Shown here: in pieces, positions 48,844-59,292 of the stretch
Numbering within the stretch: the first letter of the stretch is position 1
Layout: each line of letters begins with the position of its first letter
Sequence record: OP870144.1
Direction: 5' to 3' (one strand)
From: Escherichia phage vB_Eco_F25
Length of the DNA: 64,000 nucleotides
The notes under the pieces: model-generated
The model's database searches: none
Seen by the model: the letters and a program-made list of their open reading frames with translations, nothing else
Told to the model about the DNA's origin: nothing
Position numbers and translations under genes: made by a program

Positions 48844-48883
48844 ATTGTTCTCTATTCAATTGTTATTGGATGGACTTAGATTC

Positions 48884-48911
48884 ATTATACCACGTTTTAA
48901 CGTGAAGCATT
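48884..48911 (-). promoter_or_regulatory. MotA-dependent middle promoter for uvsY
   Basis: Minus strand: MotA box AATGCTTCA, 13-nt spacer, TATAAT; about 40 nt upstream of the uvsY ATG. Confidence 0.45.
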
Positions 48912-49308
48912 ATACCCTATTACTGGAAGCCAGTTGCAGTTTTATCTGCTCAATATCATCAGGATTATCGATGACCGAAAAGCGTATTTCTACTATCAGA
49001 GTATAATCATCATAAACCGGTATTACATTAACTGCTAATTTATCAATACGTGGCTCATAGTTTCTTACTGCGCTTTCGATATTACGCTCAACCGTGTCAG
49101 CAGTAAGAGGAGTCATATTCTCAAAAAGCTGGTCAGATAAATCACATCCAAATTCCGGGTCAAACGGTCTCGACCCTTTTCTGGTTGTAATAATTCCCAA
49201 AAGGCTATTTTTAATTGACCTTAATCCAAGGGATCTGGAAACATCTTTGTTCCAATCCATTTTCATTTCCGGGTCAATATCAGAATAAAGCTTATTAATA
49301 TTTGCCAT
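48910..49308 (-). CDS. 25: Baseplate wedge protein gp25
   Basis: 132 aa, T4 gp25 length and order. Confidence 0.9.
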   Translation of the reverse strand: MANINKLYSDIDPEMKMDWNKDVSRSLGLRSIKNSLLGIITTRKGSRPFDPEFGCDLSDQLFENMTPLTADTVERNIESAVRNYEPRIDKLAVNVIPVYDDYTLIVEIRFSVIDNPDDIEQIKLQLASSNRV

Positions 49309-49934
49309 TATAGTAACTCAAAGAACTCTTTGAGGCCTCTTATTACGTGAGCATGGGTTTTTCCACACTCTGGACATTTAATTGGAACAGCCAAATAAAC
49401 GGTAGGCTTTAAAAGCATATCTTTTATAGCTACAATATCTGACTCTGTGATGATAGAATATAAATCTTCCAGTTCTTTTTCATTTAAGTCTTCAACTGGA
49501 ATGCTTTCCCCGTTAGCGTGAATCGTTTCTATGCATGATACTATCATATGGGCTATATTTTTATCATCAAAAATTTTAGGGTATCGGAATTTAATTTTAA
49601 TGTCACCCAGTGTATACCAGAGGTCTTCTGATGCATCTATTTGTGTATGTAATAGATTTATATGGGTTGGTATTTCAGTTCCACAGGTGCACTTCCAGGA
49701 GTTTTCGTGATTAACTTCGCCGAGAGAATGTGCCCATAAATGAATCAGCAGTAGTTCTGATTCTTGGCGGTTTAAATCTTTTGCATTTGTGCAGTCTTTG
49801 ATTAGCTTTTTAACAATTACTTCTACGGAACCATTATTTTTGGCAGTAATAAGTTCTAGATATTCTTTAAGCGTGAATGCGCGACAATTGATTATTTTAG
49901 AACCAACTCTCACATCAAATTTGTATTCATACAT
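49308..49934 (-). CDS. 26: Baseplate hub protein gp26
   Basis: 208 aa, T4 gp26 length and order. Confidence 0.85.
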   Translation of the reverse strand: MYEYKFDVRVGSKIINCRAFTLKEYLELITAKNNGSVEVIVKKLIKDCTNAKDLNRQESELLLIHLWAHSLGEVNHENSWKCTCGTEIPTHINLLHTQIDASEDLWYTLGDIKIKFRYPKIFDDKNIAHMIVSCIETIHANGESIPVEDLNEKELEDLYSIITESDIVAIKDMLLKPTVYLAVPIKCPECGKTHAHVIRGLKEFFELL

Positions 49935-49955
49935 ATTTAGCTCCTTTATTTATCA

Positions 49956-49967
49956 TATTTATAAATA
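49956..49967. promoter_or_regulatory. Overlapping divergent late promoters for genes 26 (-) and 51 (+)
   Basis: tatttataaata contains TATAAATA on both strands between divergent genes. Confidence 0.5.
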
Positions 49968-49984
49968 GAATAAAAGGAGCATCT

Positions 49985-50734
49985 ATGGCAAACATTATTC
50001 GTTGTAAATTACCAGATGGTGTTCATCGTTTTAAACCATTTACGGTAGAAGATTATCGAGATTTTTTGTTAGTTCGAAACGATATAGAACATCGGTCACC
50101 ACAAGAACAAAAAGAAGTAATTACTGATTTAATTGATGATTATTTTGGAGACTATCCGAAGACTTGGCAACCATTTATATTTTTACAGGTATTTGTAGGG
50201 TCAATAGGTAAAACTAAAGTACCGGTCACATTTGTATGTCCAAAATGTAAAAAAGAAAAGACAGTTCCATTTGAAATATATCAAAAAGAATTAAAGGAAC
50301 CTGTTTTTGATGTAGCTAATGTTAAAATTAAATTAAAGTTTCCTTCTGAGTTTTATGAAAATAAAGCAAAGATGATTACTGAAAATATTCATTCAGTCCA
50401 AGTAGATGAAATTTGGTATGATTGGAAGGAAATTAGTGAATCAAGTCAAATAGAACTTGTTGATGCCATCGAGATAGAAACATTAGAAAAAATTCTCGAT
50501 GCAATGAATCCTATTAATTTAACTCTACATATGTCATGCTGTAATAAGTATGTAAAAAAATACACTGATATAGTAGACGTATTTAAGCTATTAGTTAATC
50601 CAGATGAGATATTTACTTTTTATCAAATTAATCACACACTCGTAAAAAGTAATTATAGCTTAAATTCAATAATGAAAATGATTCCTGCTGAACGTGGATT
50701 CGTATTAAAACTGATTGAGAAGGATAAACAATAA
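49985..50734 (+). CDS. 51: Baseplate hub assembly protein gp51
   Basis: 249 aa, T4 gp51 length and order. Confidence 0.85.
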   Translation: MANIIRCKLPDGVHRFKPFTVEDYRDFLLVRNDIEHRSPQEQKEVITDLIDDYFGDYPKTWQPFIFLQVFVGSIGKTKVPVTFVCPKCKKEKTVPFEIYQKELKEPVFDVANVKIKLKFPSEFYENKAKMITENIHSVQVDEIWYDWKEISESSQIELVDAIEIETLEKILDAMNPINLTLHMSCCNKYVKKYTDIVDVFKLLVNPDEIFTFYQINHTLVKSNYSLNSIMKMIPAERGFVLKLIEKDKQ

Positions 50735-51906
50735 TGAGTATGTTGCAACGCCCCGGATATCCAAATCTCAGCGTTAAATTATTTGATAGCTACGACGCTT
50801 GGAGTAATAATAGATTTGTTGAATTAGCTGCTACTATTACTACATTAACTATGCGGGATTCTCTTTATGGCCGAAATGAAGGAATGCTACAGTTTTATGA
50901 TTCTAAAAACATCCATACAAAAATGGATGGAAATGAAATAATTCAGATTTCTGTAGCTAATGCAAATGATATTAATAATGTTAAAACACGAATTTATGGA
51001 TGTAAGCATTTTTCCGTGTCAGTAGATTCAAAAGGTGATAACATCATTGCTATTGAATTGGGAACTATTCATTCTATAGAAAATCTTAAATTTGGTAGAC
51101 CATTTTTCCCTGATGCAGGTGAATCTATAAAAGAAATGCTTGGCGTCATTTATCAGGATCGCACATTATTAACTCCAGCAATAAATGCTATAAATGCTTA
51201 TGTTCCTGATATTCCATGGACTAGCACATTTGAAAACTATTTGTCATATGTAAGAGAAGTTGCTCTAGCTGTAGGAAGCGACAAATTTGTATTTGTGTGG
51301 CAAGACATCATGGGAGTTAACATGATGGACTATGATATGATGATAAATCAAGAACCATATCCAATGATTGTCGGTGAGCCGTCTTTAATAGGTCAATTCA
51401 TCCAAGAATTAAAATATCCATTAGCATATGATTTCGTTTGGTTGACTAAATCGAATCCTCACAAACGCGACCCAATGAAAAATGCTACTATTTATGCTCA
51501 TTCATTTTTAGATTCTTCATTGCCAATGATTACTACAGGAAAGGGCGAAAACTCTATTGTAGTGTCAAGGTCAGGTGCTTATTCTGAAATGACTTATAGG
51601 AATGGCTATGAAGAAGCTATTCGTCTTCAAACTATGGCACAATATGACGGCTATGCTAAATGTTCTACTGTCGGTAATTTTAACTTGACTCCTGGCGTTA
51701 AAATTATTTTTAATGATAGTAAAAACCAATTTAAAACAGAATTTTACGTTGATGAAGTTATCCATGAATTATCCAATAATAATTCAGTAACTCATCTATA
51801 TATGTTCACTAATGCAACGAAACTGGAAACAATAGACCCAGTTAAGGTTAAAAATGAATTTAAATCTGATACTACCACTGAAGAAAGTAGTTCTTCCAAT
51901 AAGTAA
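50734..51906 (+). CDS. 27: Baseplate hub protein gp27
   Basis: 390 aa, T4 gp27 length and order. Confidence 0.9.
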   Translation: MSMLQRPGYPNLSVKLFDSYDAWSNNRFVELAATITTLTMRDSLYGRNEGMLQFYDSKNIHTKMDGNEIIQISVANANDINNVKTRIYGCKHFSVSVDSKGDNIIAIELGTIHSIENLKFGRPFFPDAGESIKEMLGVIYQDRTLLTPAINAINAYVPDIPWTSTFENYLSYVREVALAVGSDKFVFVWQDIMGVNMMDYDMMINQEPYPMIVGEPSLIGQFIQELKYPLAYDFVWLTKSNPHKRDPMKNATIYAHSFLDSSLPMITTGKGENSIVVSRSGAYSEMTYRNGYEEAIRLQTMAQYDGYAKCSTVGNFNLTPGVKIIFNDSKNQFKTEFYVDEVIHELSNNNSVTHLYMFTNATKLETIDPVKVKNEFKSDTTTEESSSSNK

Positions 51907-52387
51907 TAAAGAAGTTTCTATTCCTAAAATGGGTCTTAAACATTATAACATTTTAAAAGATGTTAAAGGTCCTGATGAAAATTTAAAACTTCTTATTGAT
52001 TCTATTTGTCCGAATTTATCACCGGCAGAAGTTGATTTCGTTTCTATTCATTTATTGGAATTTAATGGAAAGATTAAATCTCGTAAAGAAATAGATGGTT
52101 ATACTTATGACATTAATGATGTTTATGTGTGCCAAAGATTAGAATTTCAATACCAAGGAAATACATTTTATTTTAGACCTCCTGGAAAATTTGAACAATT
52201 TTTAACGGTGAGCGATATGTTATCTAAATGCTTGCTTAAGGTCAATGATGAAGTTAAAGAAATTAATTTTCTTGAGATGCCAGCATTCGTTTTAAAATGG
52301 GCAAATGATATTTTTACAACTTTAGCAATTCCTGGCCCTAATGGTCCAATAACTGGAATTGGCAATATTATTGGATTATTTGAATGA
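51854..52387 (+). CDS. 28: Baseplate hub protein gp28
   Basis: 177 aa, overlaps the gp27 3' end; T4 gp28 length. Confidence 0.85.
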   Translation: MNLNLILPLKKVVLPISNKEVSIPKMGLKHYNILKDVKGPDENLKLLIDSICPNLSPAEVDFVSIHLLEFNGKIKSRKEIDGYTYDINDVYVCQRLEFQYQGNTFYFRPPGKFEQFLTVSDMLSKCLLKVNDEVKEINFLEMPAFVLKWANDIFTTLAIPGPNGPITGIGNIIGLFE

Positions 52388-54156
52388 AAAAGCCACAAGA
52401 AATGCAAACGATGCGTAGAAAAGTTATTTCAGATAATAAACCAACACAGGAAGCGGCTAAATCCGCTTCCAACACTTTATCTGGACTTAATGATATATCT
52501 ACGAAATTGGATGATGCTCAAGCTGCTTCTGAATTAATAGCTCAAACTGTCGAAGAAAAATCGAATGAAATAGTTGGAGCAATTGGTAACGTAGAAAGCG
52601 CAGTGAGTGATACTACTGCCGGTTCTGAGTTAATTGCTGAAACTGTTGAAATTGGCAACAATATTAATAAAGAAATCGGTGAATCACTCGGGAGCAAATT
52701 AGATAAATTAACAAGTTTACTAGAGCAAAAAATTCAGACAGCTGGAATTCAACAGACTGGGACTAGTTTAGCCACAGTTGAAAGCGCTATTCCTGTTAAA
52801 GTCGTTGAGGATGATACTGCTGAATCTGTGGGTCCTTTATTACCGGCTCCCGAAGCAGTTAATAATGATCCTGACGCTGATTTTTTCCCTACCCCTCAAC
52901 CAGTTGAGCCAAAGCAAGAATCACCAGAAGAAAAACAGAAAAAAGAAGCATTTAACTTAAAATTATCTCAAGCTTTAGATAAATTAACAAAGACTGTTGA
53001 TTTTGGATTTAAGAAATCCATTTCAATTAGTGATAAAATATCAAGCATGTTATTTAAGTATACTGTCAGTGCTGCTATTGAAGCCGCTAAAATGACTGCA
53101 ATGATATTGGCTGTTGTTGTTGGAATAGACCTGTTGATGGTTCATTTTAAATACTGGTCAGATAAATTTTCAAAAGCCTGGGATTTATATAGTACTGATT
53201 TTACTAAATTCTCTAGCGAAACCGGAACATGGGGTCCTTTATTACAGAGCATCTTTGATTCTATTGATAAAATTAAACAACTTTGGGAAGCGGGAGATTG
53301 GGGTGGTTTGACTGTAGCTATCATAGAAGGACTTGGAAGTGTTCTTTTTAATTTAGGAGAGCTTATTCAATTAGGTATGGCTAAATTATCTGCAGCAATT
53401 CTTCGAGTCATTCCTGGTATGAAGGATACTGCTGATGAAGTAGAAGGAAGAGCATTGGAAAATTTCCAAAATTCTACTGGAGCATCTCTCAATAAAGAAG
53501 ACCAAGAAAAAGTTGCAAATTATCAAGATAAACGAATGAACGGAGACCTTGGTCCAATAGCAAAAGGATTAGATAAAATTGCTAATTGGAAAACTCGTGC
53601 ATCTAATTGGATTCGTGGGGTTGATAATAAAGAAGCACTAACTACCGACGAAGAACGCGCAGCAGAAGAAGAAAAATTAAAGCAACTTTCACCTGAAGAA
53701 AGAAAAAATGCTTTAATGAAGGCTAATGAAGCCCGTGCCGCAATGATTCGCTTTGAAAAATATGCTGATTCAGCTGATATGAGTAAAGACTCAACGGTTA
53801 AATCTGTTGAATCTGCCTATGAAGACCTTAAAAAACGGATGGATGACCCGGATTTAAACAATTCACCGGCAGTTAAAAAAGAACTTGCTGCTAGATTTTC
53901 TAAAATTGATGCTACTTATCAAGAGCTCAAGAAAAATCAGCCTAATGCCAAACCTGAAACTTCTGCTAAATCGCCAGAAGCAAAACAAGTCCAGGTAATA
54001 GAAAAGAACAAAGCACAGCAAGCTCCTGTTCAACAAGCATCTCCTTCGATCAATAATACTAATAACGTTGTTAAGAAAAATACTGTCGTTCATAATATGA
54101 CACCCGTAACGAGCACGACTGCTCCTGGTGTATTTGATGCGACTGGAGTTAATTAA
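52384..54156 (+). CDS. 29: Tail length tape-measure / hub protein gp29
   Basis: 590 aa, T4 gp29 length and order. Confidence 0.9.
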   Translation: MKKPQEMQTMRRKVISDNKPTQEAAKSASNTLSGLNDISTKLDDAQAASELIAQTVEEKSNEIVGAIGNVESAVSDTTAGSELIAETVEIGNNINKEIGESLGSKLDKLTSLLEQKIQTAGIQQTGTSLATVESAIPVKVVEDDTAESVGPLLPAPEAVNNDPDADFFPTPQPVEPKQESPEEKQKKEAFNLKLSQALDKLTKTVDFGFKKSISISDKISSMLFKYTVSAAIEAAKMTAMILAVVVGIDLLMVHFKYWSDKFSKAWDLYSTDFTKFSSETGTWGPLLQSIFDSIDKIKQLWEAGDWGGLTVAIIEGLGSVLFNLGELIQLGMAKLSAAILRVIPGMKDTADEVEGRALENFQNSTGASLNKEDQEKVANYQDKRMNGDLGPIAKGLDKIANWKTRASNWIRGVDNKEALTTDEERAAEEEKLKQLSPEERKNALMKANEARAAMIRFEKYADSADMSKDSTVKSVESAYEDLKKRMDDPDLNNSPAVKKELAARFSKIDATYQELKKNQPNAKPETSAKSPEAKQVQVIEKNKAQQAPVQQASPSINNTNNVVKKNTVVHNMTPVTSTTAPGVFDATGVN

Positions 54157-54164
54157 GGAATAAT

Positions 54165-55259
54165 ATGGCAATTGTTAAAGAAATAACTACTGATTTAATT
54201 AAAAAGTCCGGTGAGAAAATTTCAGCCGGACAGAGCACTAAATCAGAAGTAGTAACTAAAACATACACTGCCCAGTTTCCAACTGGGCGTGCTAGTGGTA
54301 ATGACACTACAGGGGACTTCCAGGTAACAGATCTATATAAGAATGGATTATTATTTACTGCATACAATATGTCATCTAGGGATTCTGGAAGTCTTAGATC
54401 GATGAGATCTAACTACTCTTCTTCATCTTCGAGTATTTTAAGTACAGCTAGAAACACTATTAGTAGTACAGTATCAAAATTATCAAATGGATTAATATCA
54501 AATAATAATTCAGGAACAATAAGTAAAGCTCCTGTCGCAAACATTCTTTTACCGAGATCTAAATCTGATGTTGACACATCATCACATAGATTTAATGATG
54601 TTCAAGAAAGCCTTATCAGTAGAGGCGGAGGTACTGCTACTGGTGTGCTAAGTAATGTTGCTTCAACCGCAGTATTTGGGGCACTGGAAAGTATAACACA
54701 AGGTATAATGGCTGATAATAATGAACAGATTTATACGACAGCCAGAAGTATGTATGGTGGTGCTGAAAATAGAACTAAAGTGTTTACATGGGATTTGACT
54801 CCACGTTCAACAGAAGATTTAATGGCTATTATTAATATCTATCAATATTTTAACTATTTTTCTTATGGTGAAACAGGTAAATCTCAATATGCTGCTGAAA
54901 TAAAGGGGTATTTAGATGATTGGTATCGTTCTACGTTAATTGAACCTTTATCTCCGGAAGACGCAGCTAAAAATAAAACACTATTTGAGAAAATGACAGC
55001 AAGTTTAACGAACGTTCTAGTAGTTTCAAACCCGACAGTTTGGATGGTGAAAAACTTTGGCGCAACATCTAAGTTTGATGGAAAAACGGAAATATTTGGT
55101 CCATGCCAAATACAGAGCATTAGATTTGATAAAACACCTAATGGTAACTTTAACGGATTAGCTATTGCTCCAAACCTCCCTAGTACATTTACTCTCGAGA
55201 TTACTATGAGAGAAATTATCACGTTAAACCGTGCTTCTTTATATGCGGGGACTTTTTAA
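54165..55259 (+). CDS. 48: Baseplate-tail tube initiator gp48
   Basis: 364 aa, T4 gp48 length and order. Confidence 0.9.
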   Translation: MAIVKEITTDLIKKSGEKISAGQSTKSEVVTKTYTAQFPTGRASGNDTTGDFQVTDLYKNGLLFTAYNMSSRDSGSLRSMRSNYSSSSSSILSTARNTISSTVSKLSNGLISNNNSGTISKAPVANILLPRSKSDVDTSSHRFNDVQESLISRGGGTATGVLSNVASTAVFGALESITQGIMADNNEQIYTTARSMYGGAENRTKVFTWDLTPRSTEDLMAIINIYQYFNYFSYGETGKSQYAAEIKGYLDDWYRSTLIEPLSPEDAAKNKTLFEKMTASLTNVLVVSNPTVWMVKNFGATSKFDGKTEIFGPCQIQSIRFDKTPNGNFNGLAIAPNLPSTFTLEITMREIITLNRASLYAGTF

Positions 55260-56224
55260 TGTATTCTTTAGAGGAATTTAATAATCAAGCAATAAACGCA
55301 GATTTCCAACGTAATAATATGTTTAGCTGCGTTTTTGCAACAACTCCATCAACTAAAAGCTCTTCGTTGATAAGTTCAATTAGCAACTTTTCTTATAATA
55401 ACTTGGGCCTAAATTCAAATTGGTTAGGATTAACTCAAGGTGATATTAATCAGGGAATTACCACGCTAATTACAGCTGGCACACAAAAACTAATAAGAAA
55501 ATCAGGAGTCAGTAAATATCTTATTGGTGCCATGAGTCAACGTACTGTCCAGAGTTTATTAGGCTCATTTACAGTTGGTACATATTTAATTGACTTCTTT
55601 AACATGGCATATAACTCATCTGGATTGATGATATACTCTGTAAAAATGCCAGAGAATAGATTATCCTATGAAACTGACTGGAACTATAATTCTCCTAATA
55701 TTCGTATAACTGGGAGAGAATTAGACCCTTTGGTTATTTCATTTAGAATGGATTCAGAAGCTTGTAACTATCGTGCAATGCAAGACTGGGTTAACTCCGT
55801 TCAAGACCCAGTAACTGGATTACGTGCTTTGCCACAAGATGTCGAGGCAGATATTCAGGTTAATCTTCATTCTCGTAATGGATTGCCTCATACTGCGGTG
55901 ATGTTCACCGGATGCATTCCAATATCAGTGAGCGCTCCTGAGTTATCATATGATGGAGATAACCAAATAACTACATTTGATGTTACTTTTGCGTATAGAG
56001 TGATGCAGGCTGGAGCAGTTGATAGACAAGCTGCGCTTGAATGGCTTGAATCTGCTACTATAAATGGTATTCAAAGCGTTCTCGGAAATAGTGGAGGTGT
56101 TACTGGACTATCTAATTCGCTTTCACGACTCAGTAGATTAGGTGGAACTGCAGGAAGCATTTCAAACATTAATACTATGACAGGAATTGTCAATTCGCAA
56201 AGTAAAATATTAGGAGCAATATAA
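55259..56224 (+). CDS. 54: Baseplate-tail tube initiator gp54
   Basis: 321 aa, T4 gp54 length and order. Confidence 0.9.
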   Translation: MYSLEEFNNQAINADFQRNNMFSCVFATTPSTKSSSLISSISNFSYNNLGLNSNWLGLTQGDINQGITTLITAGTQKLIRKSGVSKYLIGAMSQRTVQSLLGSFTVGTYLIDFFNMAYNSSGLMIYSVKMPENRLSYETDWNYNSPNIRITGRELDPLVISFRMDSEACNYRAMQDWVNSVQDPVTGLRALPQDVEADIQVNLHSRNGLPHTAVMFTGCIPISVSAPELSYDGDNQITTFDVTFAYRVMQAGAVDRQAALEWLESATINGIQSVLGNSGGVTGLSNSLSRLSRLGGTAGSISNINTMTGIVNSQSKILGAI

Positions 56225-56228
56225 CAAT

Positions 56229-56258
56229 GGGGACCGAAAGGTCCCCATATTTTTATTT
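56229..56258 (+). terminator. Terminator after gene 54
   Basis: Hairpin GGGGACC-GAAA-GGTCCCC followed by ATATTTTTATTT. Confidence 0.55.
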
Positions 56259-56543
56259 ACGGAATGAAATGAAAGCAGCAACTGAAGCAACTAAACTGTC
56301 TTCAATATAAACTTCAATTTTTACCGGAGCTTCTGACTCAAATTTACCTGTTACTACACCCTGAAAAATACTTTCAGTCTGTTCTGGCTTTGAAAAATTT
56401 TCAGAAGGAAAAATTCCAAATTTTTTATCTGTTCCGAAAATTTTGATAAATTCATCATAAACTGCTTCATTAAAAGCGTTATCAGCAGGAATAACGCCTT
56501 CAACTACAAGTTCTTGACCTAAAAAGCGTAAAGAAGATTTCAT
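56253..56543 (-). CDS. Hypothetical protein (alt-downstream)
   Basis: 96-aa ORF, last gene of the minus-strand alt transcription unit. Confidence 0.55.
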   Translation of the reverse strand: MKSSLRFLGQELVVEGVIPADNAFNEAVYDEFIKIFGTDKKFGIFPSENFSKPEQTESIFQGVVTGKFESEAPVKIEVYIEDSLVASVAAFISFRK

Positions 56544-56553
56544 TTTGTGTTCC

Positions 56554-56960
56554 TCATGTTATGTTAGTAAGACTACTATAACACAACACGAGGGACTTGT
56601 AAACTACATTTTGAACTTTTAGTACGCGTAATAGGCATGCGTCGATTTTATACTGTTTCATTGTTTGAAGAGCAGTATCAAAAACAGCATTAATGACACC
56701 AATTGGATTTCCACCCAAGTTTTTAAGCTTAACTAATGATAGTTTCTCATTAACACCTATCATTACGATATGCATCATTTTGTCGCCTGGTTTAACGTTT
56801 TATCTGTATCACCGCCAGAGGTGTATGTACAAAATCTAAATCCAGGAAGCACGCTTTCTTCGCCGGCTTGAATAGCAAAAATTTGTGGTATTTTATGCTT
56901 AGGATTTAAGTTAACAACCGGCGCCGAAGCGCCGTCAAATAATTCTGTAATAAGTTCCAT
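56554..56960 (-). pseudogene. Frameshifted partial duplicate of the alt N-terminal region (two small ORFs)
   Basis: ORF 56775..56960 and ORF 56554..56778 each align by eye to the Alt N-terminal region (about residues 1-60 and 64-120) but in different frames; SD precedes first ATG. Confidence 0.55.
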
Positions 56961-56963
56961 GAT

Positions 56964-59054
56964 TTATCCTTGAACGAACTTGTAAGGCATGTTTGCAATA
57001 TCTATGCAAGACGCAATAATTCCAAGAGATGATTCTACTTTCTGTTTAACATTTGATGAAACAAATGATGCAAAGTCAACTCTATCTTCTATATCACCTG
57101 TCATTGTAACCAATTCACCAGTTTCCATTAAATGGTCTCCGTCATAGATTACCGATTCGGTGAGTTCTTCTGTGGTCATAACTTCAGCTTGAATGAGTTT
57201 TGTATTATTAGATGTTGTTCCGTCATTATTAGAAGCATCAGTTATTTTATTAACTTTGACCATCAATCCGCGCGGTAGAATAACTTCAGCTTCTGTTGCT
57301 ATTCCGAGACTTCCTGGATATACAACATTAACTTTATGAGCTCCATCAATTGCCCATCCTATTTGAACTTTAACGTATTCAGGATTTTCTTTATACGCTC
57401 TTATTTCGCTTGGATTAATAGTTATTCCTTCTTCATTTTTATCAACTGTCAATTCATTACGAGCTTCTGGTTCTAAAAGACCAATACCAGCATGTGTAAT
57501 TCCAAAACGTCCAAAAATGATAGGAGTTAAAGAAGTAGATACAAAATTTCTGAAATAGAACACTTTATTTTTAACTAGTGCTTCGTATATAGGAGCAGTC
57601 ATGCTTTGAGCACGATAAACTGTAATGCCTTCTGGTATACGGTCACCATTTTCAAAAGCTGAATCTAAGTTATTTATAGCAGATTCAATTTCTTTTTCAC
57701 TCATTACATCATATCGTTCTGGATTGTAACGACCCAAAAGAAGATTATTGATGTCAGTATATCCTGAACCACAATACTCTCTAATGCCGCGCTTTTGTGA
57801 TGGAGTATATTTAGAACCATCACGGGCAATAGTAATATCAATCATTGGACCTGCACCAATTCCAGAAAAACTGTAAATCATTCGTTTGAGGAATTTAGTT
57901 TTTGCTGCGTTCCAGGAATTTTTAGTTATTTCTTCCCAGACTTCATCTGGTTGTCCTTTACGATTTTTATTATGATTAGCAAGCCATTTATCTTTATAAT
58001 CTTCAAAGAATTGATTTACAGCTGCTGCGTATTTCTCTAAACATTTTATTGAAGTAGTTGGTTCATTTTTAATTGCATTAAAAATTACTTCTTTAATTTT
58101 TTCTGAAACTTCATTAACCTCACTTTTTGAAAAGAATTTATAGTCATAGTGAAGTTCATCTGCGGTTCCTTCGGCAATAATTTTTGCTGCCTTAGTTTTA
58201 GAAGCTAATGAATTAATTCCAAGCTTCATTTCTTCTGCTTCGGGAATTAAAGGAGCTGTAGCAGGTTTATTGAAATTAGCTGCGGTAGATTCATATTTCT
58301 GGAATAATTCGCTTTCAAATCTAGAAGATTCTAATGACTGACTTTGCGCAATTGCTCTACGGGAAATTTTAACTTTAACGATTACAGCTTGGTCAGAACG
58401 TTTATCATTTTCTTGTGCAATAGATGCTGCAATTGCCTCATTTTTAGTTACTTGGGCTCCAGTATCTTTATTGATATAAACATCACCGACTTTTGATTCA
58501 ACTTTAGTAAAGAGCTCGGTACTAATTTCCGGAACTCCTGGAATGTCTTCTAGTGATACATTTTTGCGATGTATAAGAATATATGCGTACTTTTTATCAT
58601 AATCCCAGAGTTCCTTAAGAAGGACGTATCTACCACCTGAACGACTACGGATAAGTCTATCAGCAATAACTTGAATTTGTCGAGCTTGGCCAGCAGTTTT
58701 AGACTTAAGAATACGAAGCATACAAGCATCAATTTTATATTGACGCATTGTTTGCATTGCAACAGTAAAAACTGAATTGATATAATTAATTGGGCTTGGA
58801 CCAAGACCTTTTAATTTAGCAATTGAACCTTTAGCAGTTAATGTAAAAGGAACAATATGCATCATTTTATCGCCCATCTTTAAATCGCGATTAGTATCAC
58901 CTCCAGATGTATAGGTACATAAACGAAAGCCTGGTTGTTCAATTGCATCATCAACATGAACTGAAAAAATTTGTGGTATTTTCTTCTTTGGATTTAAGTT
59001 TGTAATCGGAAGAGTAGTATCTTCGTCAAATAATTCTGTAATGAGTTCCATCAT
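56964..59054 (-). CDS. alt: Alt ADP-ribosyltransferase (head-packaged)
   Basis: 696-aa ORF (T4 Alt about 682); late promoter and GAGAGGA SD upstream; position between gene 54 and gene 30. Confidence 0.85.
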   Translation of the reverse strand: MMELITELFDEDTTLPITNLNPKKKIPQIFSVHVDDAIEQPGFRLCTYTSGGDTNRDLKMGDKMMHIVPFTLTAKGSIAKLKGLGPSPINYINSVFTVAMQTMRQYKIDACMLRILKSKTAGQARQIQVIADRLIRSRSGGRYVLLKELWDYDKKYAYILIHRKNVSLEDIPGVPEISTELFTKVESKVGDVYINKDTGAQVTKNEAIAASIAQENDKRSDQAVIVKVKISRRAIAQSQSLESSRFESELFQKYESTAANFNKPATAPLIPEAEEMKLGINSLASKTKAAKIIAEGTADELHYDYKFFSKSEVNEVSEKIKEVIFNAIKNEPTTSIKCLEKYAAAVNQFFEDYKDKWLANHNKNRKGQPDEVWEEITKNSWNAAKTKFLKRMIYSFSGIGAGPMIDITIARDGSKYTPSQKRGIREYCGSGYTDINNLLLGRYNPERYDVMSEKEIESAINNLDSAFENGDRIPEGITVYRAQSMTAPIYEALVKNKVFYFRNFVSTSLTPIIFGRFGITHAGIGLLEPEARNELTVDKNEEGITINPSEIRAYKENPEYVKVQIGWAIDGAHKVNVVYPGSLGIATEAEVILPRGLMVKVNKITDASNNDGTTSNNTKLIQAEVMTTEELTESVIYDGDHLMETGELVTMTGDIEDRVDFASFVSSNVKQKVESSLGIIASCIDIANMPYKFVQG

Positions 59055-59074
59055 ATCCTCTCTAGTGTTTATTC

Positions 59075-59082
59075 TATTTATA
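59075..59082 (-). promoter_or_regulatory. Late promoter TATAAATA for alt
   Basis: Reverse complement reads TATAAATA about 25 nt upstream of the alt ATG. Confidence 0.5.
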
Positions 59083-59087
59083 AAATT

Positions 59088-59105
59088 AAAGGCCCGAAGG
59101 CCTTT
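59088..59105 (-). terminator. Hairpin/terminator between the gene 30 unit and alt
   Basis: AAAGGCC-CGAA-GGCCTTT hairpin followed by U-containing tract on minus strand. Confidence 0.4.
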
Positions 59106-59292
59106 AGTAATCTAGTGGTAAGAGAGTACGATATATTTCAAACTTTGGTCCTTTTTCATAGGCATCAAATGTTTCTGTAAATTTATTATAAGCGTATGCA
59201 TCTACAAATTCGAGAATGACTTGTGATACAGAAGTAGAAACATCTCCACCTTCTTTTTGAGCAATGACAATTGTTTCTAAGTAAGCTTTCAT
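59104..59292 (-). CDS. Hypothetical small protein
   Basis: 62-aa ORF; ATG overlaps the gene 30 stop (ATGA). Confidence 0.55.
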   Translation of the reverse strand: MKAYLETIVIAQKEGGDVSTSVSQVILEFVDAYAYNKFTETFDAYEKGPKFEIYRTLLPLDY

